DNA of 64,000 bases, from positions 17,900 through 81,899 of the forward strand of contig JAFGRW010000054.1 of assembly GCA_016934935.1 (NCBI GenBank), given 5' to 3'. Of this stretch, positions 51,275-61,679 are shown piece after piece. The DNA comes from Spirochaetota bacterium (GTDB lineage Bacteria > Spirochaetota > UBA4802 > JAFGJZ01). The notes below the pieces were generated by a model. It was not told the origin of the DNA and made no database searches. It worked only from the letters and a program-made list of their open reading frames with translations. Each line of letters opens with the position of its first letter. The stretch's first letter is position 1. The translations under genes were made by a program, and so were the position numbers.

Positions 51275-53434
51275 ATGAAATGTATAGATGTATTACCAGG
51301 AGTAAAAATAGCGGATAATGGCCGAATATCGATAATGTTCGGATGTCCCCCTGAGATTATTAAAACACTACAGGTGCTCGATATTTCCTTTCCCGATTAT
51401 ATCGTTATTCCTGATACAATATATAAATACGGAGTTGTGCAAAACAGTACTGAATTTCCTCTTTACTATTTTGTTTTTGAACTTCAAAACTGCTTTAAGA
51501 AAAAACTGGGTATTATTGGGGATCTTGAAAGCGTTTCAAATAATATAGAACTTCTTAAATTGACGCTTATGGGACCGAGTTTGGATAATTATAGAGAAAT
51601 AGGTTCTAATCGCTTCTATAACCAACTGTACAAAGAGGCCAGGTATCTTTCATTGAAAAATGAAGACGGTGAAGAGTGTGCGATAAAAGATTTTGTTGAT
51701 ACATATGTTTTTGATGATAATGGAACCATCCAGATTGAAGATATCACCATCAAACATGAAAATGACAATGTGTATTCGATCAATGGGATCGAAATTGATA
51801 TAAATTTTTATGAACCACAGAGGCCGCCATATACTTTAAGAACCAACTATACGCCCAATGTTCCTTTTAAGTTTGGAGTAGATATCCTGGGAGGGGGATC
51901 TGGTTTTACTCCCCGTCAACCCTGTTCAGCTCTTCTTTTAAACTATAATTCGGAATTTATGCTTATAGACTGTGTTCCTTATCTTGATCACTCGTTGAAT
52001 GCCCGCGGTATTTCGAAACAACAGGTAGGTGCGCTTTTTTTGTCTCATATCCATGATGACCATTGCAATATGTATCCGCTTTTAGAGATGAATGATCGTG
52101 TCAAATTTCTTGGAACAAAAGAGATTTACTGGATGGCTTTGCGTAAACTGGCTCTTCAGACCAATGGAAATCCGGAATACTTTGATTCATTTTTTGATTT
52201 TGTCGAGTTAGAGCCATATAAAGAAAATGACTTTTATGGTATGTCCATTATTCCGCACTATACTGTTCATTCAATACCAACAATTGGTGCTACATTTAAA
52301 ATGAAAGATCGTGAAATTATTAAAAGACTTTGTTTCGTAGGGGATAACAAGTCTCTGGAAAATATTGCTCAAATGGTTGATGAAGGTATTGTGTCAGAAA
52401 AAAAATATCAGTATTTAGAGAGAGTCTATTCACGCAGATTCGATATACTTTTTCCTGATGGCGGAATGGGGCTGTTGCATGGTGATCCGGTGGATTCACT
52501 TAATTCAAAGTCTGATTCTGTTGTTTTTATGCATCTTGAAAAGCTCCCGGCAAAATTTGACGCAACTTTTTCTTTAGCGCAGGTTGGAAAGCGTTATAAC
52601 CTGATTGAAAGTAACCAGCATATGTATCATGCTTTTACAGTGCAGACTATCCAGCTGATTCAACAGGCGTTTCCTAATATATCATATAACTGGATAACTG
52701 CGATTATGAATGATGTGCGATTTATTGGTTATAATATTGATGACATCATACTTAAGCAGGGGGAGGAACGTCGGGGGGCAATCTATATTATTCTATCAGG
52801 TAGATGTCGCGTTAAACAGCACGATGGTGAAATTTTAAAAGAAATTGCGTTAAAAGAGGTCGGTGACTTTATAGGTGAAATGGCAATTATTAAAAATAAT
52901 GATCATCGAACAGCGTCGGTTGTGGCCGAAACTCCTGTAATACTATGCCAATTTGATGAAAAGCTGTTTTATCATTTTCTGGAAGAAAATAATCTAGTAG
53001 AATCTACAAAAAATATGTGGATTCAGCGTAGTGAGCTGGATACCTTTTTGCCATTTAGTGATTTTTCTGATTCATTAAACGAAGAGATTTCAAGAGCTTC
53101 GGTAAGAAGAAAAATTGAACCCGGATTTGTAATTATTCGAGAGGGGGATAATTCTACAAGTTTTTACATTGTTGTTAAAGGGCTTTTTTCTGTAGAAATT
53201 GATGGTGAAAAAATAAATGTTTTAAAGAAGGGAGATATATTTGGAGAATTTGGAAGTATTTCGGAATTAATGCGTACAGCCACCGTTACTTCACTTGAAG
53301 AAAGTATTGTGTTGGAAATACCGAAAAACGAGATAAACAGAATAATTGAATCCACTCCAGCTCTAAACTTCTTTATACACCGGCTGCTTAAAAAAAGGGC
53401 GGATTCAATAAACTGGACTAAAAATAAAAAATAG
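51275..53434 (+). CDS. metallo-beta-lactamase-fold hydrolase fused to two cyclic-nucleotide-binding domains (putative cNMP-gated phosphodiesterase/nuclease)
   Basis: It has an HxHxDH motif (LSHIHDDHCNMY). It has two CAP-family cNMP-binding motifs with intact phosphate-binding cassettes (PBC), FIGEMAII...RTASVVA and IFGEFGSISELMRTATVTS. It is 719 aa with an unassigned N-terminal 200 aa. Confidence 0.7.
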   Translation: MKCIDVLPGVKIADNGRISIMFGCPPEIIKTLQVLDISFPDYIVIPDTIYKYGVVQNSTEFPLYYFVFELQNCFKKKLGIIGDLESVSNNIELLKLTLMGPSLDNYREIGSNRFYNQLYKEARYLSLKNEDGEECAIKDFVDTYVFDDNGTIQIEDITIKHENDNVYSINGIEIDINFYEPQRPPYTLRTNYTPNVPFKFGVDILGGGSGFTPRQPCSALLLNYNSEFMLIDCVPYLDHSLNARGISKQQVGALFLSHIHDDHCNMYPLLEMNDRVKFLGTKEIYWMALRKLALQTNGNPEYFDSFFDFVELEPYKENDFYGMSIIPHYTVHSIPTIGATFKMKDREIIKRLCFVGDNKSLENIAQMVDEGIVSEKKYQYLERVYSRRFDILFPDGGMGLLHGDPVDSLNSKSDSVVFMHLEKLPAKFDATFSLAQVGKRYNLIESNQHMYHAFTVQTIQLIQQAFPNISYNWITAIMNDVRFIGYNIDDIILKQGEERRGAIYIILSGRCRVKQHDGEILKEIALKEVGDFIGEMAIIKNNDHRTASVVAETPVILCQFDEKLFYHFLEENNLVESTKNMWIQRSELDTFLPFSDFSDSLNEEISRASVRRKIEPGFVIIREGDNSTSFYIVVKGLFSVEIDGEKINVLKKGDIFGEFGSISELMRTATVTSLEESIVLEIPKNEINRIIESTPALNFFIHRLLKKRADSINWTKNKK

Positions 53435-53436
53435 TA

Positions 53437-53886
53437 TCAATCTTCACAGAAAAATTCTACAATTTCGGCCGCGTTTTGAGCTGACAAAAGCACCCGTCGA
53501 AAGGCATTGCTTTTAGTTGCGCGGGATATCTCCGATAGTGCTTCAATATGAGGACCCGATTGATCAGGTGGAGCCAACAGTAGAAAGAAAAGATGAGATA
53601 AGTTGCCATCATGTGAATCACAGTCTATTCCTTTTGGTGAAACTCCAATTGCCAGTACCAGTTGATTAACCTCTTCTGTTTTCGCATGAGGCAAAGCAAT
53701 GCCGTTTTCGAGTGCAGTGCTCATCTGATTATCGCGGTTGATTACAGCATCAAATACCGATTCTGTGTTCTTTACCTTGCCGGCCTTGTGAAGTATTTCT
53801 ATCAGTTCCCGGAAGACATCATGTTTCGTGTTACTTTCAAGTGGTACTTTTATTACATCTTCGTTTATCATTTCCAATAATGTCAT
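53437..53886 (-). CDS. ptsN: PTS EIIA type-2 (PtsN / EIIA-Ntr-like) regulatory protein
   Basis: It has GIALPHAKTEEV with the conserved His. It is 149 aa. Confidence 0.75.
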   Translation of the reverse strand: MTLLEMINEDVIKVPLESNTKHDVFRELIEILHKAGKVKNTESVFDAVINRDNQMSTALENGIALPHAKTEEVNQLVLAIGVSPKGIDCDSHDGNLSHLFFLLLAPPDQSGPHIEALSEISRATKSNAFRRVLLSAQNAAEIVEFFCED

Positions 53887-53898
53887 GTTCGTTACCCC

Positions 53899-54399
53899 TT
53901 AGTTGAGATTCTCATAGATATCATCGACTCGATCTTCATCTTTTACAATTAAAACTGAACAGGGCACACTTCGCATGGCTCGCTCACTTTCATTGTGAAA
54001 TTCATCTCTACGACTTCTAATCCTGGATAGTTCACCAATTACAAATAGATCAATTTCGTATGATCTGACAAGTTCTTTAATTTTCACATTGACCAATCCG
54101 CTCTCCTTTATGCATTCGGGAGCCAGACCCTTTGAAACAGCTTCAGTTTCAAAGTTTCTTAAATATTTATCTGCATCAGCTTCAAGATCGTTTTTGTATT
54201 CAATTTGTTCAGATTCAATAAAAATACGGCTTTTAACGAGGTCATTAAGAGCATGGGTATTAATGATAAATGTGCCGTATAGTTTTGCGTTCAATTTTCT
54301 GCATAAACAGATGGCATATCGTGCCGCGGTGACCGACTCGATAGAACCGTCCAGGTAAACGAGAACCCTCTCTACAGGATTATCCATATTTATCTCCAT
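53899..54399 (-). CDS. universal stress protein (UspA family)
   Basis: It has a Usp fold pattern (VLVYLDGS...CSVLIVKDED). It lies 4 nt downstream of V-ATPase subunit D. Confidence 0.7.
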   Translation of the reverse strand: MEINMDNPVERVLVYLDGSIESVTAARYAICLCRKLNAKLYGTFIINTHALNDLVKSRIFIESEQIEYKNDLEADADKYLRNFETEAVSKGLAPECIKESGLVNVKIKELVRSYEIDLFVIGELSRIRSRRDEFHNESERAMRSVPCSVLIVKDEDRVDDIYENLN

Positions 54400-54402
54400 T
54401 CA

Positions 54403-55044
54403 TTATTTGTTACTTAAACGGGCTTTAACTCTTTTCATTAGAATATAACGATCTCTCTCGTCTTCTTCAAGTCTGTTTTGTATGTATCTGATGGACTGGG
54501 TCAGATCTGGTATGGCAATTTTTTCTAAAGCATTTACCTTGCGTATGGTTTTACGCACTTCACGAGCCAGCCTCATAATGGATATTTTAAGTTCCGCCAG
54601 TTCACCCATTATGCTCAATATCTGCTTAAAGTCATTAATTGCGTTATCAATCCATGAACTTGTACCCTCAGGAGCGTAGTAGGGGCCATGCTCTTTAAAA
54701 GTTGTCCGTACAACCGGAAGCGATACTCCCATAATACGCCTGGAAGTCAGTGTAATTGATGATTCAATATTAATTGCAGAGGACAGGGCAGCGGCTTTTA
54801 GTTTGCCGTTTTCGATAACAGCAAGTCGTAGTGATTTGTGAGCTTGTTGAAGTGTAAAATCTGATTTTTCTTCAAAATCAACAGCAAGATCTATTAAGTT
54901 AAGAAGTTCCATAATAAGTATATTTCGTTTTTGATCCAGAAGCTCGTATCCCTGCGAAGCAAATTCAAGTTGCTGTTTGAGCCGAATCAGATTTGTTCGT
55001 GTGGGAGCTGGGCGATTATCTGCCATAGTGTTCATCCAGTTCAT
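54403..55044 (-). CDS. V/A-type ATP synthase subunit D
   Basis: It reads [30 protein letters not shown]. An alternative start at 55026 would reduce the overlap with subunit B. Confidence 0.85.
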   Translation of the reverse strand: MNWMNTMADNRPAPTRTNLIRLKQQLEFASQGYELLDQKRNILIMELLNLIDLAVDFEEKSDFTLQQAHKSLRLAVIENGKLKAAALSSAINIESSITLTSRRIMGVSLPVVRTTFKEHGPYYAPEGTSSWIDNAINDFKQILSIMGELAELKISIMRLAREVRKTIRKVNALEKIAIPDLTQSIRYIQNRLEEDERDRYILMKRVKARLSNK

Positions 55045-56431
55045 CTTCAGTTATGCGTGTAAGTTCTTCCGGAGGAAGAATACTTAAACATTGCCATGCT
55101 ATATCGAGACTCTCTTCGATGTCGCGATTCTCATCATTGCGCTGGTTTACAAAGCGCCGCTCAAATTCATCACCGAATTCCATATATTGTTTGTCTAAAG
55201 CTGTTAGCTCTTCATCACCAATTACCGATGCTAAATTACGTACATCCTTTACATAACTGTAAGACGCAAAAAGTTGGCTTGCCAGATGAGGGTGATCGAT
55301 TCTTGTCATATCTTCACCGATACCGTCTTTCATAAGTCTCGAAAGGGAGGGTAATCCAGCGACTGGAGGGTAAATACCACGGCTATTCATGTCCCTGTCA
55401 AAAACAATCTGACCCTCTGTTATATAACCAGTTAGGTCAGGTATAGGGTGAGAGATATCATCATTCGGCATAGTAAGTATTGGAAGTTGAGTTATTGAAC
55501 CGGAACACCCTTTTATCATGCCCGATCTCTCATAGAGTTCTGCAAGATCAGAATAGAGATAGCCTGGATATCCTTTTCTGGAAGGTATTTCGCCTCTTAT
55601 TGTCGAAATCTCTCTTAACGATTCACAATAGTTTGACATATCGGTCATTATTACCAGTACATGTTTGCCGCAGTCGTAAGCGAGATGTTCTGCAAGTGTT
55701 AGAGCCGTACGGGGAGTGATAATCCGCTCGATGGATGGATCGTCGGCCAAAGACAGAAAGAGAGCGACTTTATCCAGTACTCCTGAAGACTCAAAAGAGT
55801 CGATAAAATAACGTGCTATATCATGTTTGATTCCCAGTGCGGCGAACACAACCGCAAAATCGGTTTTTTCACCTCGTAGAGTTGCCTGACGGGCAATCTG
55901 TGCCGCAAGCTGATTATGCGGAAGTCCGTTACCTGAAAATATTGGAAGCTTTTGTCCACGTATCAGGGTATTCATTGCATCAATAACAGAAATTCCGGTC
56001 TGAATAAAATCACGCGGATATTCGCGAGCTGTGGGATTAACGGGCAGCCCATTTACATCTTTCTCAATTGCAGATATGGGCGGAGGACCACCGTCAATGG
56101 GATTCCCCAGCCCATTAAAGACGCGTCCAAGCATTGATACGTCAACAGGAATCATTAGAGGTTCACCCTTAAAACGCATCCTTGTGCCGGGTAAGGTTAG
56201 GCCGCTGGTGCCCTCAAAAACCTGGACGGCAACAGCAGTTTTTGATGTATCCAGTACCATTCCTAATCTAACCTGTCTATTTTGATCAATACACTCGACC
56301 AGTTCGCGGTAACCGACTTGATGTGTATTGCGAATAATTATAATCGGGCCATCAATCTGATGAACACCGATATATTCACGTCCTTTAAGAAGATCTTTAT
56401 GAATTTTATCCAGTTTATCTGTTTTTATCAT
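55016..56431 (-). CDS. V/A-type ATP synthase subunit B
   Basis: It is 471 aa. It is the non-catalytic alpha/beta-family subunit with a degenerate P-loop region. Confidence 0.93.
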   Translation of the reverse strand: MIKTDKLDKIHKDLLKGREYIGVHQIDGPIIIIRNTHQVGYRELVECIDQNRQVRLGMVLDTSKTAVAVQVFEGTSGLTLPGTRMRFKGEPLMIPVDVSMLGRVFNGLGNPIDGGPPPISAIEKDVNGLPVNPTAREYPRDFIQTGISVIDAMNTLIRGQKLPIFSGNGLPHNQLAAQIARQATLRGEKTDFAVVFAALGIKHDIARYFIDSFESSGVLDKVALFLSLADDPSIERIITPRTALTLAEHLAYDCGKHVLVIMTDMSNYCESLREISTIRGEIPSRKGYPGYLYSDLAELYERSGMIKGCSGSITQLPILTMPNDDISHPIPDLTGYITEGQIVFDRDMNSRGIYPPVAGLPSLSRLMKDGIGEDMTRIDHPHLASQLFASYSYVKDVRNLASVIGDEELTALDKQYMEFGDEFERRFVNQRNDENRDIEESLDIAWQCLSILPPEELTRITEDELDEHYGR

Positions 56432-56438
56432 TTTTTAC

Positions 56439-58211
56439 CTACAGTTTTTCTATAGATCTTTCAAGACGTGCTTCAATACGGTCAAGAAGTGAAAGATCGT
56501 CGTTAGGAACAGTTAATTTCATTTTTACAATATCTTGAAGCACTTTTATACGTCTTAGATTAACTAAAGTTGTTCCCTTGCGAATGGAGTTTTCACCAAG
56601 CTCGGCATATTTGAGGATTATATCCATCATACGTAATTGTTTTTCGACAGTCGAATAGCAGTCGTTTTTATCAAAAGCGCTCTGTTGCAGAAATGCGTTT
56701 TTAAAAAGTGTGCATATTTCTATCACAAATCTCTGGCTGTCGGGTAATGCGTCAGGACCAACAAGTTTAACTACCTGCTGTAATTTTATTTCACGTTGTA
56801 AAAGCTCCATGATGCGTGAACGGTTACGAAACCAGTTGTCACCGGCTCTTTCTGCCCACCAGGGCGAGACTTCGTCAAGATATTCGGAGTAGCTTTCCAA
56901 CCAGGATATGGCTGGGTAGTGGCGAGCGTTTGCCAGATGTCTATCCAGTCCCCAGAAGCAACGGACAAATCTTTTTGTGTGCTGAGTTACGGGTTCCGAG
57001 AAATCGCCTCCAGGAGGAGAAACTGCTCCGATAAGAGTTACTGAGCCCTCTTCTTCATTAAGGGTTTTCATAAAACCGGCACGTTCATAGAATTCTGCTA
57101 TTCTGGTAGGTAAATACGCAGGGAAACCCTCTTCGGCCGGCATCTCTTCCATACGACCTGAAAGTTCTCTGAGGGCTTCTGCCCAACGTGAAGTAGAATC
57201 GGCCATTACTGCTACATGGTATCCCTGGTCGCGATAGTATTCCGCAAGTGTTACCCCGGTATAGATACTTGCTTCTCGTGCCGATACAGGCATGTTGGAC
57301 GTGTTGGCGATCAGTAAAGTTCGTTCCATTAAACTGCTTCCTGTACGAGGATCAACAAGTTTAGGAAACTCGTTAAGTACATCGGTCATCTCATTGCCGC
57401 GTTCGCCACAACCAATATAGACTATTATGTCTGCGTCACACCATTTGGCAATAGCGTGCTGAGTCATGGTTTTTCCTGTTCCGAACCCACCTGGAATTGC
57501 AACTGTACCGCCTTTTGCAAGAGGAAATAGTGTGTCAATAACTCTCTGCCCTGTAATAAGGGGAATGCGTAAAGGAATGCGGCTTGCCACAGGCCGTGGT
57601 TTTCTAATCGGCCAGCGATGAATCATGGTGAGGTCTTTAACCGTTGAACCATCATTAATTTTTGCAATAACCGTATCAACAGTATAGCTTCCGGGATTAA
57701 GCACAGAGTTAACTGTACCAGACAGATCTGGTGGACAGAGTATTTTATGTAGTATACGGTCGCTTTCCTGTACTGTTCCGAGTACTGTCCCGGGAGATAT
57801 GAAATCACCGTCATTTATTGCCGGAGTATAATTCCAGAGTTTTTCACGATCTATTGATGGCGACTGAATACCTCTTTTAATATGTGAACCTGATATTTCA
57901 GCCAGTTTTTCCAGTGGGCGCTGTATTCCATCATATATTGTCCCTATAAGACCGGGGCCTAGCTCAACAGAAAGCGGCAGTCCTGAACCGTAAATAATAT
58001 CGCCCGGTGCAACGCCTGTTGTATCCTCATATACTTGAATAATGGCATTGTTACCGGATAGCTTAATAATCTCTCCGATTAATCTTGCTTCAGAAACACG
58101 TACAAGTTCCATCATCATGCCGTCGGTTATTCCATCGGCTTCAATAACCGGGCCGTTAACCCGTTTTACCAGTCCGATGCTTCTCTCTTCCATTTGAACC
58201 TCGTCTTGCAA
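56439..58211 (-). CDS. V/A-type ATP synthase catalytic subunit A
   Basis: It is 590 aa with a GGFGTGKT P-loop and a non-homologous insert typical of A subunits. Confidence 0.95.
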   Translation of the reverse strand: MQDEVQMEERSIGLVKRVNGPVIEADGITDGMMMELVRVSEARLIGEIIKLSGNNAIIQVYEDTTGVAPGDIIYGSGLPLSVELGPGLIGTIYDGIQRPLEKLAEISGSHIKRGIQSPSIDREKLWNYTPAINDGDFISPGTVLGTVQESDRILHKILCPPDLSGTVNSVLNPGSYTVDTVIAKINDGSTVKDLTMIHRWPIRKPRPVASRIPLRIPLITGQRVIDTLFPLAKGGTVAIPGGFGTGKTMTQHAIAKWCDADIIVYIGCGERGNEMTDVLNEFPKLVDPRTGSSLMERTLLIANTSNMPVSAREASIYTGVTLAEYYRDQGYHVAVMADSTSRWAEALRELSGRMEEMPAEEGFPAYLPTRIAEFYERAGFMKTLNEEEGSVTLIGAVSPPGGDFSEPVTQHTKRFVRCFWGLDRHLANARHYPAISWLESYSEYLDEVSPWWAERAGDNWFRNRSRIMELLQREIKLQQVVKLVGPDALPDSQRFVIEICTLFKNAFLQQSAFDKNDCYSTVEKQLRMMDIILKYAELGENSIRKGTTLVNLRRIKVLQDIVKMKLTVPNDDLSLLDRIEARLERSIEKL

Positions 58212-58249
58212 GATGCCTTATCGCAACAATAATGCATCACAATTTTTTG

Positions 58250-58891
58250 TCAGTTATCAGAACTATCAATAATTTTGTTAATCGCCTGTCGTATATCTGA
58301 CTGATTTCGAATGATTCTGTCGTTAACAGTATTACTAAACGCTACAGATCCATCTTCGGCGTTTAGTACTACACCCTGACAACTCAGGTGATCAGATTCA
58401 TCCAATTTAATAACTGTTTCATTGCCTCTGATTTCAGAAACCCGTTTATTTACTAAATCCAGGAAGTCCCTATTAATAATTTTTTTTTCGGCGGCAGATG
58501 TTCTAATGATAGCACGAGAAAGATTCAAGCCAATGGCAGCCTCAATAATCCAGTTTAACAGGATATGCCTGTATTCAGGTTTATCTATCTTACTTGCCAT
58601 ATGTGCTCGGGTGTCAGAAATGAGTTTATTGATAAGCGCTTCACGTTCGCGAAGGGCTTTGCGTTTTTTTTCTACAGCTATTTGAGAAATTATAGAATTC
58701 CGTTTTTCATTTTCTCTTCGGGTTGCCTCTACTTCGGCATCACGAAGAATGTTCTCTTTTTGTATTGACCAGCTTTTTTGGTGTTCATCAATTTGAACAT
58801 TCGCGGTTCTGACTATTTCATCAGCTTTTTTTTGAGCTTCTTCAAATATACCGCTTATTACCGCCTGTTGACCCTTCTGTTCCATATTCAC
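58250..58891 (-). CDS. V/A-type ATP synthase subunit E
   Basis: It has a coiled-coil N-terminus plus a globular C-terminus, and operon context. Confidence 0.7.
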   Translation of the reverse strand: MNMEQKGQQAVISGIFEEAQKKADEIVRTANVQIDEHQKSWSIQKENILRDAEVEATRRENEKRNSIISQIAVEKKRKALREREALINKLISDTRAHMASKIDKPEYRHILLNWIIEAAIGLNLSRAIIRTSAAEKKIINRDFLDLVNKRVSEIRGNETVIKLDESDHLSCQGVVLNAEDGSVAFSNTVNDRIIRNQSDIRQAINKIIDSSDN

Positions 58892-59197
58892 CTACAAATT
58901 GATACCTATAGCTTCATTTACCATTTCCCGTAATCGGGGTTTGTTCAGATCACGACCGTCCATGCCTGGAATTTCAACTATTAGTGGAAAATCGTGGGAA
59001 AATGTGTAACTATTAACCAGTCCGCTGATTAAGGCGGACGCCTGTTCTGTAATAATTATGATCGCTGTTTCGGATAAGGACAATGCTTCTTCAAAAGCCG
59101 CTTGGGCCTCCTGTTCATTTGTGGCTGCACGTCCGTGAACACCCACCATGCCGAATCCGAGAACAGTGTCTTCGTCACCGATAATGAAATATTTCAA
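58892..59197 (-). CDS. V/A-type ATP synthase subunit F
   Basis: It is 101 aa and starts MKYFIIGDEDTVLGF. Confidence 0.75.
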   Translation of the reverse strand: MKYFIIGDEDTVLGFGMVGVHGRAATNEQEAQAAFEEALSLSETAIIIITEQASALISGLVNSYTFSHDFPLIVEIPGMDGRDLNKPRLREMVNEAIGINL

Positions 59198-59565
59198 AAT
59201 TTACCCAGAATCATCAACGCTGCGATAAAACCAAAAACAGCAATTCCTTCAGCCATTGCCACAAATATTAGAGCTTGACTTCCGACTTCAGGTTTCTCGC
59301 TCATAGCACCCATCGCTGCCGAGCCTACACGTGAGATAGCCATACCGGCACCTATAGCGCCAAGACCGAAAGCAATTGCTGCTGCAATTACTTCCCATTT
59401 TACTACTTCTGCTTGATGCTCATTTGCAATAGAGCTTAGGGATTCGGCTTCTTCCGCGGCCATTGCCGGAGAAACAAGAATTAATAGCGCTATTATCATT
59501 GTAAATAGAGTAATGAGAAGACTAAGAGCTATTCTTTTTCTAAAGACTTTTTGAGTTGAGTTCAT
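59194..59565 (-). CDS. V/A-type ATP synthase proteolipid subunit K (single-hairpin c-type with N-terminal extension)
   Basis: It has a Gly-rich TM (GLGAIGAGMA) and a carboxylate helix (AMAEGIAVFGF). It also has an extra N-terminal hydrophobic segment. Confidence 0.75.
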   Translation of the reverse strand: MNSTQKVFRKRIALSLLITLFTMIIALLILVSPAMAAEEAESLSSIANEHQAEVVKWEVIAAAIAFGLGAIGAGMAISRVGSAAMGAMSEKPEVGSQALIFVAMAEGIAVFGFIAALMILGKF

Positions 59566-59687
59566 TTTTACCTTCCTGTATTATCAATAAGCTTAAAACA
59601 ATTAGGTAACCTCCAATAACCAAAATAACACTTAATAGCTGTTACATTCTAAAAATGGTAATTTTAGAAGTTCCCATTGCCTCCTAT

Positions 59688-61679
59688 TTATTTCTGACGA
59701 AGTGAAATGGGCTCGTAAACCCTGCCCGAACCGCGAAAATATTTTGAGAAAAACTCGTAATAATTTAAGCGCAGTGACTGTATACCGGCTGATAGCCCTT
59801 CAAGGGCAATTACCAGTATATTTCCTATAATAATCACGATGAGTGACACAATCGCTGAATCAGATGAAGCCGCAATTTGAAAGAAAGCGTTCATTAAACT
59901 TACATGAGCAATTCCAAGACCAGCAATTCGTAAAAAAGAGAGGGTATTGGAAAGATATCCTGAAAAAAGCTCCAGCAGTTCGACAATCCAGTCCATAAGC
60001 CAATCTGTGATTATACCGATTTTAAACGGAGTTTTACATTTTATAAAAAATTCTGTCGGAGCTTTTATTGCAAAAAGTATACATGGCAGACCCGTTAAAA
60101 TATATAATTCTTTGTCTGGCGGAAAACTCTTGTAATTACTATTTACAAAGAAAAAAGCGGTGTATACGCCTCCAGCATAGAACCAGCTGCCTAAAATACC
60201 GCCTTTATCAAAGAGAAAAGAAAAGTATCGTTTTGAACGTATACAGTTTATCATGTTTAAAAGAAGTCCGCAACCGATAATCGTGACACCAAATTTTATT
60301 GTTATACCAAGTATATCGTAAATATCGCTTATTAGACCAGTTCCCTTATGCCCCAGTACAATTCCATGATAGTCAAACCATAGTGGTTTAAAAAGCCCAA
60401 GCCCAAAATATGACCCAAATAGAATTCCTGCTGCAACTGAAGCCATACCGCAGTACATAATCAGTCTTGCAAGTTCATAAGCTGTACCGCGTTTTTTCCG
60501 TTTTATAAGAGCGGTAATTGCTCCGCAAAGAGCAAGAACCAAGCCGTGACCGGCGTCACCGAACATCAATCCAAACATGGTTAAAAAAGAGAATGCAACA
60601 ATCACAGTTGGATCAATGCTTCCATATTGCGGCATCGAATAGTTTTCGACCACCCATTGAAACGGTTTAAGAAAAGTACCATGATTAAGTTTAACAGGAA
60701 CAATCGAGCTGTTGAGTAGAGGATCCTCTTCGGGTTTGACCCATTGTATGTAATACTTTCCATTCGTAATCTTCTTAATGATCTTTTCGGCTGCATTTTT
60801 CAAATGGCAAGGTAGCCAGCCGGAAAAAATTACTGTGTCTGATGTTTTACCAAAGCTGTTTTGAATTTTTATACATTGAGCGGTTATTGTCAGATTTCTC
60901 CAGGATTCAGTAAGTATCGGAGCGAATTTTCTGATTATATCTTCTGCCTCCTTTTCAAATCCGGTTTGCTCTCGGTTAAGTTCTTCGATTGAAGAGGCGA
61001 GTTTATTAAGAATCTCTTCTTTCTTTCCAGTTAATTCAGGTGGAAATTCAACACTTTGCCACTGATACCTGTCAAGTGCTGTGCCGATTCGTTCTTCGTC
61101 TCTGGACATATATATGATTATTGCTGATACTTCATCTTGAGTTGATTGGGAAAAGTGAATAACAGCAGGATATAACGATAGAGCCTGCGTTAATCCTTCC
61201 TTCCTGGATTTACGTATCAGACCGGTTGCAACTCTGACTGAAGACTCAGGAGGAGGTGACGCTTCGATGGAACCAAAAAGATCGGTTTGTCTCATTATCT
61301 CCGTTTTTCTATTGATGCTCTGTTGAATATCCTTCTGCTTGTCGCGAATTTGCCGAATTTGAAGATTCAGTTCATCAAGGCGATCGGTAACTTCTTTGGG
61401 ATCAACCGGAACCAGCTTTTCGGCATTAAGATCCGAGGTGTCAGGAAGAGGAATATTTACTTGTGACAATAATTGTTCTATTCTGGAGCGTATTTCAATG
61501 ATATCTGTTTCAGCTGTATCTTTGTCAAACGGCGAGAGCTGATTGGAAAATGAGAGTGTTTTATCATGTATATCGGTAAAATCAATAATACCTTCATTTA
61601 AAAGTGCTTTAGTAACGGAATCGGTATCTCTACGTAAAATTATTGCGTTTAATCTGATCATTGATTGTGGAAAGATCAT
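59688..61679 (-). CDS. V/A-type ATP synthase subunit I (a-subunit)
   Basis: It is 663 aa with a soluble N-terminus, a polytopic C-terminus, and an essential Arg region. Confidence 0.85.
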   Translation of the reverse strand: MIFPQSMIRLNAIILRRDTDSVTKALLNEGIIDFTDIHDKTLSFSNQLSPFDKDTAETDIIEIRSRIEQLLSQVNIPLPDTSDLNAEKLVPVDPKEVTDRLDELNLQIRQIRDKQKDIQQSINRKTEIMRQTDLFGSIEASPPPESSVRVATGLIRKSRKEGLTQALSLYPAVIHFSQSTQDEVSAIIIYMSRDEERIGTALDRYQWQSVEFPPELTGKKEEILNKLASSIEELNREQTGFEKEAEDIIRKFAPILTESWRNLTITAQCIKIQNSFGKTSDTVIFSGWLPCHLKNAAEKIIKKITNGKYYIQWVKPEEDPLLNSSIVPVKLNHGTFLKPFQWVVENYSMPQYGSIDPTVIVAFSFLTMFGLMFGDAGHGLVLALCGAITALIKRKKRGTAYELARLIMYCGMASVAAGILFGSYFGLGLFKPLWFDYHGIVLGHKGTGLISDIYDILGITIKFGVTIIGCGLLLNMINCIRSKRYFSFLFDKGGILGSWFYAGGVYTAFFFVNSNYKSFPPDKELYILTGLPCILFAIKAPTEFFIKCKTPFKIGIITDWLMDWIVELLELFSGYLSNTLSFLRIAGLGIAHVSLMNAFFQIAASSDSAIVSLIVIIIGNILVIALEGLSAGIQSLRLNYYEFFSKYFRGSGRVYEPISLRQK

